This document shows, one piece after another, positions 10,901-25,900 of a stretch of DNA of 64,000 bases; position 1 is the first letter of the stretch; each line of letters begins with the position of its first letter. The position numbers and the translations under genes were made by a program. The notes beneath the pieces were generated by a model that made no database searches, was not told where the DNA came from, and saw only the letters and a list, made by a program, of their open reading frames with translations. This DNA comes from Podarcis vaucheri (lineage: Eukaryota), in the NCBI GenBank assembly GCA_965113315.1, contig OZ220374.1; one strand, 5' to 3'.

Positions 10901-13900
10901 TATTCACCACTGCACTTTGAAGGTTGTAATTGACAGCCCAAATCCTGTTCTTATCTATAGCTGTTGTGATGAAGGGACAACTACAGTGCCATCTTGCATG
11001 AAGTGTAACTACATCTCAAGAAGTCTGATTCTAAAAAGAGAAAGTCTCATTCCAATACTCCACTGGAGATTCTCACTAATGCTGGATGAATGGGCTGCTT
11101 CTGAAACTGTATGGGATTGTGTATATCCCATGTCCCCACCTTCTCCTTGCCCCTTGCTCCCTGTTCCCGAGGTTTTCATGTGATGTTCATGGGTAGTGTT
11201 AGGACTTTCCTCCAGTACTGGAATAGCATTGATGAAGCTGCTGATCTGGTAAAGGCAGCATCTGCCTACAGGCCTGTGATGCTTTTCTGCCACACTATAG
11301 TAGAGTAATGGGCCTTTAGTAGTTTTTACTACAGGTGTGCAACTTCCACAAAATTCAACTTGTATCTGTAGCTTTGAGAAGTCGCCAATTCTGTTACTCA
11401 GAACTAAATTGGATAAGATAAAAAATCAAGCTCTTTTCTTTCTGTTAACTATTATGGGGAATCAAAAAATGTCCGTAACCACCTCCCCCTTCACAGAAGT
11501 GGATGGGGTTTTCAGGCACAGCAGCCCCTCCAGAGTGGATTTTTTGTATTTTTAATTCATTTTTACAACTTATAAATACATCATACAATATTCATCATTC
11601 TCTTGTCCTTGGACTTGCCAGTCCATCTCTCCATGGCATTCTAGGTAGTCTTTTGTCGGCTGCATAATCTATTATTCCACCCAATTTCTTCTCAAATCTT
11701 CCTTTATTTAATGTTATCTGCTGCTCATATGTTCATTCCTACTTGTAGGTTGAATTGACTATTATACCCTCTAAGATACTCTCTAAAACACTTTGAAGAG
11801 TGGATCCAGAGTGGATTAAGCCTGCCAATTTAGAGGCAGATGCATCCGGGAATTTTAAAAGTTTGTTAAAAGAAAAAAAATCCGGTTATTTTTTGCCAAG
11901 TGTGGTTGCAATTTGCAGGTGAAATTTGGGGGTGAAATTGCCAAATTTCAGCTGCAGTAATTCCCCTTCAAAGCCATGATTTTTACTATTTTGGGGTGGT
12001 TGTGGTAGGAATCATAACATGGTAGCTGTGGAGGAGAAACACCCCCAGGAAAGACTGGAGTGGGTAAAATATCACCCTGAAAGGATTTTATTACACCTAG
12101 GGTCATTGGTAGATTTGGGGTGGGCTTCTGCCCCCATCAATGATTTTTTGGGATATAGCCTTTTCTTTTTGTGACATATCACCATTGACTTGCATAGAGA
12201 AGGGGTGTTGGCATTGGGGGGAAAATAGCATAGGTTAAAATAAACAGCATAGATTGAAATGAGCAGCAATTTTTAATGTTTTCTTGAACATTTCCCCCCC
12301 AAATTGGTGTGCTCTGGAAAATAATTAATTGTGATTAAAATCTAGACCTCTTCATCAAACTGAAAGATTCTCCTTGCCCTCCTGCTCCCTCCCCATCAGA
12401 GCTTAGTGTTTCTCTAGTCAGCTTGGCTTTACAGTGGTACCTCTAGTTATGAACTTAATTCATTCCAGAGGTCCGTTCTTAACCTGAAACTGTTCTTTAC
12501 TAGAGGCGTGCTTTTGCTAATGGGGCCTCTTGCTGCTGCTGCACCACTGGCACACGAGTTCCATTCTCATCCTAGGGCAAAGTTCTCAACTCGAGGTAAC
12601 TTCCAGGTTAGCGGAGTTTGTAACCTGAAGCGTTTGCAATTCGAGGTACCGCTGTACTTAAAATAAAAATAACAACAACAACATGCACTTAAAAAATGCA
12701 GTGCTTTAAGGGCAACTGAGTCCACAAAGTGAGTTGAGACTTTAGGGAGTCTGTGCAATTTGACTTGGGACTATGAAAAGCTCACACAAATCACCCCTTT
12801 TGGACTCATAATTTTGGAGGTACACAGAGATGATGCACATCTCCAGTATTTACCTTTTAAATGCACCTGTGCCACAGATCCATGCTTCAGGGTATTAGAT
12901 GTTTAGACTTGCATGGATTCTTCATTCACAGTATCAGTGACTTGTTCATCTTTGGTTAGAAAATAGGGGTAGCAGTATTAAAATATAAGGTAATGTGTTA
13001 TATTTGCCAATATCTTAGTACCGTACGTCAAGAATGTTTCTGTGGGGAGTTTCATTTTTAAAGGATGGTATGCAATTGTGACTTTACTAGCATCAGTAGA
13101 ATTGGGAGGGAGACAATTTTTAGGGAGTTGAGTAACTCTCTGGAGCAAATTTAGGAGGATCACCAAAAATTACTTCCCTCCCTGTTCTGCCGATGGATCC
13201 CTTCAATCAGTGGGCAGTCACCATTGTATATAGTACCACCGTGGGAATCATCTTGCTCCCATAGTCCATGTAGAAATTAATACAGATCATCTTGACCAAT
13301 TTGCTTGGAAGTAAACTCAAAGGTAGTAAATGTGTGCTTGTCATTTTAAAAATGGTAGAATAAATTTAATCTTGGGGGTATTCATCCTTTCGAGAAAATA
13401 ACGTAAGTCCTAAACTTCAGTTGCTTACAATTTAAAGGGCTTGCTCTTAATGTTGAACCCTGTTTTGAAACTGAGATACTGGTATGATCACTTTGTACCT
13501 GGAGCAGGGGCACGTCTTTCTTGAAAATGCCTTTCCTTGGCTAGAACTTTGAAGGAACGTACTGTACTGGGTAGGTGGGTATAAACTTGAAAATATGAAA
13601 ATTGGGGGAAGGTAGCAGAAGCTGTTACGTTGAACAGCCACTCCAGAAGTATATTGATCCATTTGGTTGTGCAGTAGTACCCAAGTGGGCTCTTGCATGT
13701 TTCCTCGTTGACGGGAATGAGTGTGAAGCTTTGTATGTGACCATGTTGGGTGTAAAAAAAGCAGGACTTTGATGTTACTGCCTCTTGGAGACCTTTGTGG
13801 GGTCCCTGAAAGTTCTGTGTGATATAAAAACCACAAGAGACACTAATTGAATGCCTGATCATGGGGCGGTTTCCTAGTGGATTAGCTTTTTGATGATGAT

Positions 13901-16900
13901 GATAATAATTATTTAATTTGTTTGTCTGTCTGCTTGCTTACCACCCACCTGACCAGGTTACCCCAGCCACTCTGCAGCTTCCAACAAATTACAACACACT
14001 AAGACATTAAACATTAAAAACTTCCCTATACGTGTACAGTGCTACCTTCAGATGTCTTCTAAAAAATAAGATAGTTGTTTATTTCCTTGGCATCTGATGG
14101 GAGGGTGTTCCCCAGGGCTGGTGCGACTATTGAGAAGGCCCTCTTCCTGGTTCCCTGTTACCTCACTTTTTGCAGTGAGGGAACTGCCAGAAGGCCCTTG
14201 GAGCTGAATCTCAGTGTCCAGGCCGAATGCTAGATTTAATTTTTCATAATTCCTAACACAATTTATTTAGAACAGAATGGTAGGTATAATAGTAGGCAGG
14301 AAAGTTTGATAAATCTGGAGGTCATCCTTTGAAGTGTTAAGTTGTTTAACATGGCTGTTCTGATCTTCATTTGCACTTTAATGAATTAAGTCTAATTTTA
14401 TATCCATTGAACTTGTTAGAACTTATTTGTAAGAGTAGACATGTTTAGGATTTAGCTGTCAGACATTTTTCGATTTTGGCTTTAGTTGAATTAATTTTTA
14501 AAATGGATTATATAAACATATAAAGAAAAATATATTGTCTTCAGTTGACTCCATCCTTTAAAAATTATTGAAAACTAAATATCAAGTATTAATAAAATTA
14601 TAAAACAGAGACAAATGTAATCTTCATAAAGTCATATTGACATAATTGCCAATAAGCACAGACCAAACAAAATAGACAAAATTAACACTTGCTGGGCTAT
14701 TTGTATTTTTTTATTCTGCCAGGAAAATAGATGTAGCATTTGCTTTCTGTAAATCAGGTAAGTTAATTCTGCTGGGCAAATTTAGTTTTGTAGCTATTGT
14801 CACTTAGTGACTAAAAAGTTTGAATCATAGAGATTGCCCTTCTGTAAGCTAAACTTTTAGAATTAGAGAGTTCTCAAACTCAAGATTCAGTTTATGACAC
14901 AGCTAATATTCTCAGCCTAGCTTCCCTCCCCCTCTTACTGCACAAATTATTAATGTGGAAATATTAAGCCTCAGTGCCTTTTTGTGCCATTGAACTTAAC
15001 ATTTTTGCTTAATCTTGGAAAATGATGTAGACCTCTTGAAAATCTTTATACTTTGTCCCAAGGCAAGATTCCAGGTTCAAGTTATCTGTACAGTGGTACC
15101 TCAGGTTAGAGGCGCTTCAGGTTACAGACTCCGCTGACCCAGAAAGAGTACCTCGGGTTAAGAACTTTGCTTCAGGATGAGAACAGAAATCGTGCTTCCT
15201 CGGAGCGGCGGCAGCGGGAGGCCCCATTAGCTAAAGTGGTGCTTCAGGTTAAGAACAGTTTCAGGTTAAGAACGGACCTCCGGAATGAATTAAATTCTTA
15301 ACCTGAGGTACCACTGTATATGCATGGGAAATTTAGGACTCCTTTCAAGCAGCAGCCATCCATACGCATAAAAAGCCTCTAACAAAGTTCAGAGGCCCAT
15401 CCTAGAGCCACAGCCCAAAATGTATGGAGGGCTGTTATTGGAATGTGGTTTTGACCCTCACCCCAATGCAAGAGCAGAAGCAGTTTATGCTCATGCCAAG
15501 TTTGGTTTTTAATTTTATGTTTTAAAACTCTTATCATTTATATTAAAAATGATGCGTAGCTGTTGAATATCGTAAAGGGGTGTGTGTGTGTGTGTGTGTG
15601 TTTATTGATCCACGAGTAAAAACAAGCTTCTATGTGCAAACCTTGTATCTGGCAGGCACATGTGTTGGATACAGTGCTGTTGCACAAACTAATGATTGTT
15701 ACTGGTCCATCAAATATGATGGTGACTGATCACTTGTTTAGAGAGAAAAAGCAAGGAAAGAGCACTTGTTTAGAGAGAAGCATTCTGGTGATGAGTACTT
15801 TTAGAGTGGCTGCTGCTAATCACATTTTAGGTCATATAGGCAAGTACAGCAGTGGATATAGCTGCATTCTTCAAGGTTTTTGGATCAGCAGCAATATTTT
15901 CTTCTCCAATGCAAAAAGAGTATGAGTATTAAATATACTTAAGGACAATTTCAAATAATATCCCTTACAAAGCATTCCCTAAAAGAAGAGCTGCCAATTT
16001 GTTGCTTTGGCAAAACATTGATCTGTGCCATTTTTTCCCCAACTCCAGAAGGTTATACAAGATAGAAGTAGGGATGTATTGCTTTTCTATAAAATTAAAA
16101 TAGACAGCTTCCAGAGATTAAACATGTAATATAGTAAAAACTATTATAATGTCTAAACCATCATTAAACCTACCAGTTATTAAACACACAGAGAGATCAA
16201 TATGTATAAAATAGGAATCTGGTGAGGATGTTTACAGGCTTGATCCCGGAGAAGTCTCATATTATAAAAGGTGTTCCCTCAGCTTTCCTGGACCATCTCG
16301 TGTGGATTTTAAGGCTCAAAACCAAATTGAAATTCAACTAATTGGCTTCCAGGACTGTCTCCATATGTTTAAAGTAATAGGATCATAGTAGACTGTAACT
16401 GTATAAAAACTGTGTGTTTATTTTGCTTAGTCTTGGTAGTAAAATGTTCGTGTTGGTTTGTGTGACGTTTCTGAAAATGAAGATGGTTGGTTTGATTTTA
16501 ATTAAGAAATTTGCCATCTCACAGTTCTTTAATTACCCATAGTAAAATCACTTCTATATATGTTGGAAATGGTTCAATGAAATCTCATCTGTATCTGGTA
16601 AATCATGGCCCCAATTTCCAAAACTTCTTTCACTTATTGTTCAACTAATCCAGTGTATTACTATGCCTAGCAGATTTGCAGAGTGGTTCCATTGCGGTTC
16701 TGTTTTTCCCCTCAGTATTTCATATAGCATATGTTTTATTACCTCTGGTGCTAGCTGCCATTTTGCAATGATCTATAATGTGCATCTCAATATAATGGAG
16801 AACATATCTGACTTACAATAAAAAGGACATAATATTCTTTGTCCTGCAAGTGGACATCTAGACCCTTTCCAAAAACTTTGAGCCATCCCAGTGCAAGAGC

Positions 16901-19900
16901 AGAAGCATTTTGTGCTCTACTACAGAAGTGGTCTTGAAATTATCCTTTTCTGAAATGTCCCCCCCCCCCCAATTTTTTTTATTGATTTTCACTATTTCAA
17001 TTGTTATATTGAAGAATAACTTAAAAACAGACAAGGTTTGCCTGTGCAATCAAAACTTCTGCTTATAAAAATACTTGTGTCTAGCACTTGAGTTGCTGAA
17101 CAGCTGTAGAGTGTGTATTATTTTAATTAAACACAGGGAAGACAGGATGCTGGTGATCATGGGTTCCTGCAGTGTCAGAATATGCAGCTTGTTCTGGGCA
17201 GAGTTGTGGTCCCTCTGAAGCAGCTCATGTACAAATTTGGGATACTCGCTAACATAGCCACTGCTACCTGTGCATCCAAGGAAAACTATCAGGGGTGCCT
17301 TTCCCTAGCTACAGCTTGTTCACTAGCGTGATTTCCTAAATATGGTTGGCCTGGCATTAGTTACTCATAGCATAGTTTGGTTACTTCCGGACTAGATTAC
17401 TGTAATGCTGTCTATGTGGAGTTGCCTTTGAAAACCAGAGACTTCACTTAGAACAAAATACAGCTGCCAGACTCACTCCCCCCCCCTTGGAGAAAATGGA
17501 ATGGAAAAGATGGTTATTTGGGAATACAGTTGGGCAGGCAGGAAGGTTAAGTTCCCACGTGTGACTTCTTACTGGTATTTAGTTGTGAGATCTATCCAGG
17601 CTTGAACTAAGGCACTTACCAGCAACATTTTCGGTTTGGTAAATTAGAACTCTCCACATCTCCTTAACTAGGAAACAATGCTTGCAGCCTGATTCCATGC
17701 AGAATTAGACAGACTGTCTTGCCAGAGTGGTGCATGCTTTAGTTATCTCCCACTTGCTCTACGTTGGGCTACCTTTGAAGGTGACTCGGATACTGCAGCT
17801 AATCCAGAATGCGGCAGCAATACTGATGACTGGGAGTGGTCACCAAGACCATATCACACTGGTCTTGAAAGACCTAGATTGGCTCCCAGTACGTTTCTGA
17901 GAACAATTTAAAGTGTTGGTGGTTGTTGTTGTTTAGTCGTTTAGTCGTGTCCGACTCTTCGTGACCCCTTGGACTAGAACACGCCAGGCACTTCTGTCTT
18001 CCACTGCCTCCCGCAGTTTGGTCAAACTCATGCTGGTAGCTTCAAGAACACTATCCAACCATCTCATCCTCTGCCGTCCCCTTCTTGTGCCCTCCATCTT
18101 TCCCAACATCAGGTTTTTTCCCCAGGGAATCTTCTTTTCTCATGAGGTGGCCAAAGTATTGGAGCCTCAGCTTCATGATCTGTCCTTCCAGTGAGCACTC
18201 ATGGCTGATTTCCTTAAGAATGGATGCGTTTGATCTTCTTGCAGTCCATGGGACTCTCAAGAGTCTCCTCCAGCACCATAATTCAAAAGCATCAATTCTT
18301 CAGCGATCAGCCTTCTTTATGGTCCAGAGTGTTGGTACTGACCTTTAAAGCCCTAAACGGCCTCAGCCTACTATACATGAAGGAGCATCTCCACCCCCAC
18401 CCTTCAGCCCGGACACTGAAGTCCAGCTCTGAGGGCCTTCTGGTGGTTCCCTCCCTGCGAGGTTGCAGGGAACCAGGCAGAGGGCCTTCTTGGTAGTGGC
18501 GCCCATCCTGTGGAATGCCCTTCCATCAGATGTCAAGGAAATAAACAACTGTCTGACTTTTATAAGACATCTGAAGTCAGCCCTGTTTAGGGAGATTTTT
18601 AATGTTTGATATTTTATTATGCTTTTAATTGTGTTGGGAACCGCGGTTTTAGGTGCACCTAATCTGCAGAGGATTGGATTGCTAGCACCGCCAGGTGATG
18701 GAGGCTGTTAGCAATGTGTGCATTTGTGTTGGGTCAGGAGGGAGCTGTACCCTGCTCTTAGTAGACAGAAGCAGGTAGTAGCCCATACATTGAATCTAGG
18801 GTGAAGGAGGAAGGGATACCGGACATTTTAACTGGACAGCAAGAGACAGGCCCTCAAAACAGTTGTTTTGCACATAATGCAAAGTGCTACATAAACTAGC
18901 AGAAGCAAAATGCAAGCTCACAAATTCACCCCTCTTCCAGCATTGCTATGAGAAGGAGATTGGAAGCATCTGTTTCCTGTTTTAAGCTAACTGCACTACA
19001 TCATGTCTGAACTGGGGAAACACTGATTAAACATGGTTTTGTTACAAATCATAAACCACAGTTTGATTCTGATTTGTTTCAACAAGCCATCATTTAATGT
19101 TGTGTCCAAAACATGTCATTCATTGTCAACAGCCTATTTGGAGGTTGTGCCATTTAGCTGAGCCCTAGCAGTGGCAAAAGAAAGAACCTAAAAACAGACA
19201 TCTTTCTGTGTTTGGGAGGGAGCTTGTGCAAGAGAAAGGGAATGGCAGTACAGAGGTAGGTATTAAAGAGGACCTGAAACATAGGGGTGTGGTGCAACAT
19301 TCACCAGCCTAACAGGAGGCATGCCTAAAAACTATACTGTTGGCACCTGTGGCCATCTTCCCATCATTCCATTCAGAAGCATGGGTGTTTGGCCATGGAT
19401 TGGGGGAATAAAATTAACAAAATATTGGCAGAACATGTTGCTTGCTGTGCCTGTAATAATTTTGCTTAGTTTTGCATTTAAACAAATTAAGTTATGATTA
19501 AAATCCAGATATTGAATAAAGACATTTTAATTGGCTTGGGTTCTATATCTCCTTTGTGTTGGTTTTCATAAAAACAATACCTGCTGAGTTAGGAGTATAC
19601 ATTAATGTAAATGTGCATAGACATGCAGATTCAACAGTACAATCCTATGCATGTTTACCTTAAAGTAAGTCACACCATGTTGAATGTACTAATTCAAGGT
19701 AAATTTGCATGAGAGTGAGCCTTTAATAGTAGAATAGTTGGACATAAACAATAAAGAAATATACAGCTAGACAGATCTACAATTTTTGCTGTCTAAACTG
19801 AAATAATTTTTAAAGCAAGGGCCTTCCCTGTTTTAGAATATAGAACACAGATGAGCAAAATCTGGAGCTGCAGTTCATTCCTTTCATGCTAACATGCTAT

Positions 19901-22900
19901 ATCTCTGACACTATTGTGTCTGCTTTATGTTGTTGGAGTTGTCCTGTGTGGCAAAAGGTCTGTTGCAGTCTTGCCAGCAGGGCGAAGAAGTCTGGCTGTG
20001 CCAAGTTTGCAATAAACAGTACAAATAATCACACTTAGATTCAGTGGCTATTTCAGGAGTGGTGGTCCCAAAAGGTTTCTCTGGTTGGTCTTGTTGGGGA
20101 CTTTTCAGCTTGTGCAACCTGAGGAAATGGACAAGCTATTTGGAAAGATGAGAGCTACCACATGCACTCTTGATCCTTAACCTTCCTGGCTTATTAAATC
20201 TGTCAGGCAGTTGGTTCAGATAAGATAGTAAATCCTTTATTGTGGGAGGGAGAAGTTCTAATGACCCTGAAGGAGGCTGCAGTGAAAAACCATCTAACAC
20301 ATAATTTACTCCCCTCCACATGCTTTTTCTTCATGTTATCAGTATAATTGTGGTGTGTGTGTCATTTTGTTGCCATTGCTTAGCAGTGATTTGACTCCTA
20401 ATTGTCTACTTCAGATTGCCAGAAATCTACCAGTAAATTCCTATCTACCTTTGGTCCATCGTGTATTGAATTTTTCTTACCTGGTTAAGGTGATGAACAT
20501 GCGATGACAATATTGCGCTAGGTTTTCTTGGATGAAACTGATAATTGGGATCCTTTCCAATCTGGTTTCCAGGCTTCGTTTTGGAACTGAAACTGCTTGG
20601 TTGCCTTGGTAGTGGTTGTTTACTGGGTGATAAAATGCGGGGCGGGGAGTTGGCATTCGTCTGTCTGGAGACAATGGAGTGTACCTCCAGGGTTGATGTC
20701 AGACCACACAGAAGTGACCTAGGGGCACAAGCCTGGGCAGTGTGTATGGAGGAGGTCCTGGGCTATCCAGAAGACAGAACCCCTGATGTGGTCTAAAGGA
20801 ATTAAAGTAATACGCTTGGCACCAGCTTGGCTACAGGGGTTGCTAGGAGGTGGTGTACAAGGTGCAATCCAGCTGTTTTAGGGACTTCACTCCAGATTTG
20901 TGTATGATTTATTCCATAGCCTTTTCTTCCAAAGATATCTCACAAAGCAGTAGAGGTTTAGGATCAGAGTTTTCCTTCTCCTGGGTGGACTACCTTCCCA
21001 GGTTCACAAGTCCCATCTGCCCCTCACCTCCCTCTGCAGCACTTGCAGAAACCTCCTTCTTGGCTGTAGGACCCACTATTGGTCTCATCCGCTCAATGCA
21101 CTGGAGCCTATCTTTGCATGCAGGGGAAGTCCCTAGTTCACCTGGTTTAGCCGGCCTGTTGAAGCAGTTTCCTGGGGTGTGGCCGCTGCCACATGCTGAC
21201 AGCTTCTAGGAGCCAGAGGTGAGAGTAGAGTGCCAGGTGGGAACCAAAGGTAGACACCCCAGAAGGAGCATGACCTGTCCCCTACAATAGGTATTATCTC
21301 TCACTTAATGCCCCATATACCCTTCCCCTAAACCTCTGGGAAGTGTATCCCTGTTAATTCCCTTAGTCCTCTTGGTAGCTTTTGATGCCATCAGCCATTG
21401 TATCCTTCTGGGTTATTTCTCCAGGTTAGGAGTGGGGAGCCCTGTTCTGAAGTGTGTGCTCCAGAACATCATGCTGGGAGACTGCTAACATGACCATTGG
21501 CCTGTGGGATGGTATTTCAGCATGTCTTCCATGTTTTAACATCTACATGAAACAGATGGAAGATGCTTTCTAATCTCAGGGCAGCAATGGAAATACTGAA
21601 TTGTAGACAGGCAGCTGTTTTGGCCTAGATGAGGGTAAACAAACTGACAATCTGGACAAGATGAAATAATCATGGATTAGGTATTCTGTCTGTTCTGGAG
21701 GTGCTTGCAGTCCCACTGAAGCATCACGTTTGAAGTTTAGGAGTTCTCTTAGGCTCAGATATGTGCTGGATGCTAAGGAGCAGGCAATGACCACGAGTGA
21801 TTCTGTCTTGAATGCAGACTGTGTCATTTCCAGGAGAAATTAGACCTAGTGTCAATCATTCATGCTCTTGTCAGCACCCTGTTGAATTATTATTACAATG
21901 CACTCTACATGGAGCTGCCATTGAGTACAGTCTGAAAGCTACTGTTGGTTCACAATGTGGCTGCCCAGATCCTGACAGAGTGCTTGTTTATATTGCTTTC
22001 AGGTTCAATTTAAGGTGCTTACTTTGATCTTTTAAAAATCCCTAAATAATGTGGGACCAACTATTGGGAATCACATTCCTCCATATGAACCTGCTTGGGA
22101 CTTTAACACCACTTCATAGATTTCTTTTGGTTCTGCTGCTGTCTGAAATAGGTTATATGAGGACCCAGGAAAATGTGGTGTTGGCAAAAAGCCTCACCAC
22201 ACCCCTTTCAGTGGGCAGTGAAGATTATTTTAAGCAAGTTTTTGTAAGATTCTGACTTTATCTAGTGTTTTGCTGCTATTTTTAAATGCTCTACTGTGGT
22301 TTTGCTATAATTTATTGTGGCTGCCAGTGAATATTTTATCTCTGTGTTATGCTTAAGCAGCCTTGTGTGCATGGTTCAGTAATATAAATAATAAGCATTC
22401 TGAGAATGTTTTCCTGCCTTGTACATTTATCAGTGAGCCATGGGACCAGTATTAAGAAGTTGGTGAAATCATCCCATTCATGAATTGGAAGTTATGTTAC
22501 TGGGTTCTGATAAGGTGAAATGCTTCAGCAGATGCATGTGAGGCAGAACTTGGTACAGAGTAAGATGGTTGAAAGTAGGAAGTGGTAGCATAATACTAAA
22601 ATGTCACTTATTTTTCTACTTGACTAGATGTAGTACTGCTTGGGAAAGAAACTGGGCCACTTGCATTCTTCCATTCTTGTATTTCTTACCTTTATCTAGA
22701 AGATGCTTGGCAAAAATTTGTAGCCTTTGCTTTACCAAGGGTACATGTACCAAGCATAACTCTTATATATAATTCAGGGGAATCTTTTTGTTTCCTTGCC
22801 TGTTCTCTGTTGAAGTTCCTCCCAACCTTAATCTTTACCCTGCACTTCTTATAAGCATGTATGTACACAGCCAGAGGGAAGAACAAGCCCATGCTGCTGT

Positions 22901-25900
22901 GAGAAATATACTGTGTTTTCTAAACAACTGTTTAGGTGGAGTATCTCCATCCTGAAGAGAAGCATTACAATTATTTAATTATGCATACATGTATGCATAC
23001 ATACATACATACATGCATATATACCCCGCCCATCTGGCTGGGTTGTCCCAGCCACTGTAGGCAGCTTCCAACACACATAATAATAAAACATCAAACATGA
23101 ATAGTAACAATCTAATCCAATATAAAAAGTGACAGTAACTTTAAAATAATCAGTTTATATAAAATAAAGCAATATTCAGGAATCCAATAGTAAACAGTAA
23201 AATTAAACATCAGCACATAATAATTAAACAGTTTACACCTACCGATTACAATAAAGAATTACTAATCTATAATCATTAAAAAATAACAGCGAATCACAAT
23301 GCATAAAATACAACAAAACATACAAAATGGTGTAAAATGATCAAATTGAGAAACAAGGACACACAACTTACAAAATTATTTTTTAAAAATATCCCTGAAC
23401 TCCTCTTTTCCCAGCTGCTTCTTTTGCTCTCAAAAGTCATGGACTTCCAGGGCTGGAGGGTGGGGCAAGGCAGATGGAAGATCCATTGCCTGCAGAAAGT
23501 CTCTCTCCTCTCACTCCTAAGGTAGTGGAGGAGCTATATTCTCCCTCCCCACCCCCTCGGTATAGAATAGTGTTAAGAGCTCTTGCTGTGCCCTCTTTCC
23601 ATGTTGGTGTCTACTCTTGGGAAACTGGGTTAGCATTCACGGGGTGAGGTGACATTTATGGTTCATGCATTTTTGTAAAACTCAGCAGTACAGGAAAACA
23701 TAGTGCTACTATGGCTCCCACATTTCCAGAGCAATGCAAATTTTGAGCCCTGTAAATGGTGTCTTTACGGCCACTGATAAAACATAGTGGTATCCTTTCA
23801 CTATTTTTCTACCAAGAGAAAGTTTACTTGTGCAACAGTGACAGAACTGCTGTGATCATCTGTAGGGGATGCTTATTAAGCTAAGTAATAAAATAAGTGC
23901 TTTGTTTTAGGTTTGGATTACTAATATACAGTTGACTCACAACTTCTGTGCGAGTTACTTTCTATGTATGGCATGTAAAGCTGAAATAACCCTGAATCTG
24001 CCCCCACCCAAGCATCCCTACCTTTCTGAAGCTGGCGGTCTGAGCAGGCCTTTGCCCTCCATGCAAGGTGGAGAGCTTTTAAACTGTCCGCACATTTATG
24101 AATTTAATATGTGCAACATTAACTGGCCAGCCACCAAGTGTGTAAAGCTGTGATTGTGGAAGTTAAATGCCATGCAGGGTGCAAGTTGGCTATAAAACTT
24201 TTAGAGAGGATGCTTTTGTTCTTTCTCCTAGTTCTTGGCATTGGCTTACTTTGAGAGAACTCAAGATGCTGCTCTCATTCTTTCAATAGAGAGCATTTGT
24301 TTTACAGTCATACCTTGGGTTAAATATGCTTCAGGTTGAACGTTTTCAGGTTACGCTCCGTGGTGACCCAGAAATAATGGAATGTATTTCTTCCGGGTTT
24401 CGCGGCTTGCACATGCACAGACGCTCAAAATGACGTCATGCGTGGAAGTGGCGAATTGCGACCCACGAATGCGCAGATGCGGGTTGCGTTCGCTTCAGGA
24501 TGCGAACGGGGCTCCGGAACGGATCCCGTTCGCATCCAGAGGTACCACTGTATTTATAGCATAAAAGCATTTCTGGATACTACATAAGGTGGTAAAAAAT
24601 AAAATTAGAAGTTTGGATAACTTAATGCAGGGGTAGGGAACCTCTGGCCTATGGGCTTCATTAGGCCTACCAGGTTTTTCTGTTTTACCTGCAATGCCAT
24701 TTTGGCCAAGCCATGCCTATTTGCCCTGTACCTGATGTCACATCTTAGGAAATGTATGCTTGCAATACAAACACTATTTACTAAAATAATGCAAAATTGT
24801 AGTTTACATGTGATAGGCATTCAAAATTAGAAAACATAAGCTACGTGAGGTATGTTCATTCGCTTATTTTTTCAGTTTTGTTAATGTTTTATCAATTATA
24901 AATGTCTTATTGATTTGTTAAACATATAATATGACTTATGCTGTAATTCTGATGTTTTGCTTATTTTTTTGGTTGCTGGTTTGCTAAATAATATAATATA
25001 AATATAATACAGATTGCAATTGTTTTACTGATGATTTGTTAATTATATAATTTATGCTGTAATTGGGATGTTACTGTTACTTACTGTTTCTAAGCCGCTT
25101 TGGGATTCATTTGAATGGAAAGTGGCATAGAAATACAATGAATCAGCAATCAAATCAGATGTGCAGCAAGTAACAGTCTGGCTCAACCAAAATGAGATTT
25201 GAAGGCACTGCTGATCAGAGGTGCTTGCTGATTGTCTGGTCTGGAGGAGAGCTTTGCAAGACTTCACAAGACTCGATAGTCTGCTGATCGTTGGGTCTTG
25301 TGAAGCCCTTTGCACTACACTGAGATTGAATTGATTATTTGATAGGCCTGTCATATAACTGGGTTCTTTATATTGGTGATTACAAGACTAATTAACTTAT
25401 TTGATTAAAAAATACCGCTGTAAGTATGTGATGAAAGTTGTGTAGGAACACAGAAAATAAGATGCAAGCAAATATGGTTGACTTGTATTCAGTTAATGCA
25501 GCAGAGTTGAGAAATGATAGTGCTTCTGTAGTGTTTTTGTTTTGATGACTCAGCTCAGCAACTGCTTCAGTAAGTGTGTTGTAATGTTGTTTAGCAATTA
25601 GCAGGTTTAATATTCAGCATTTCCAGTAATTATTGGAGAAGAAATATAAGAGCTACCTACCTGAAATTCATTTTTGTAACTTCTGTTTTTGAACACGATA
25701 CCGTAACATTTTAAAAATACCAGTCCGTTTAGACATGCTTACAAATAATAAAGAAAAACTGGTAGTCTGTGGCTTGAACACCTGACTTGATTCTGGCCTA
25801 GAAGCCTCACCAAAAGCTTCTACTAATTCTTGTGTCTTTTTCTTGGCATCAGTGGGAACAAAGCTAGTTAATACAACGTTGTGCTCTCTAGACTTTTATC

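Noticed and set aside
13447-13862. Two overlapping ~125-aa minus-strand ORFs in WAC intron 3
   Set aside because: No recognisable domain, splice structure or poly(A)/TSD signature
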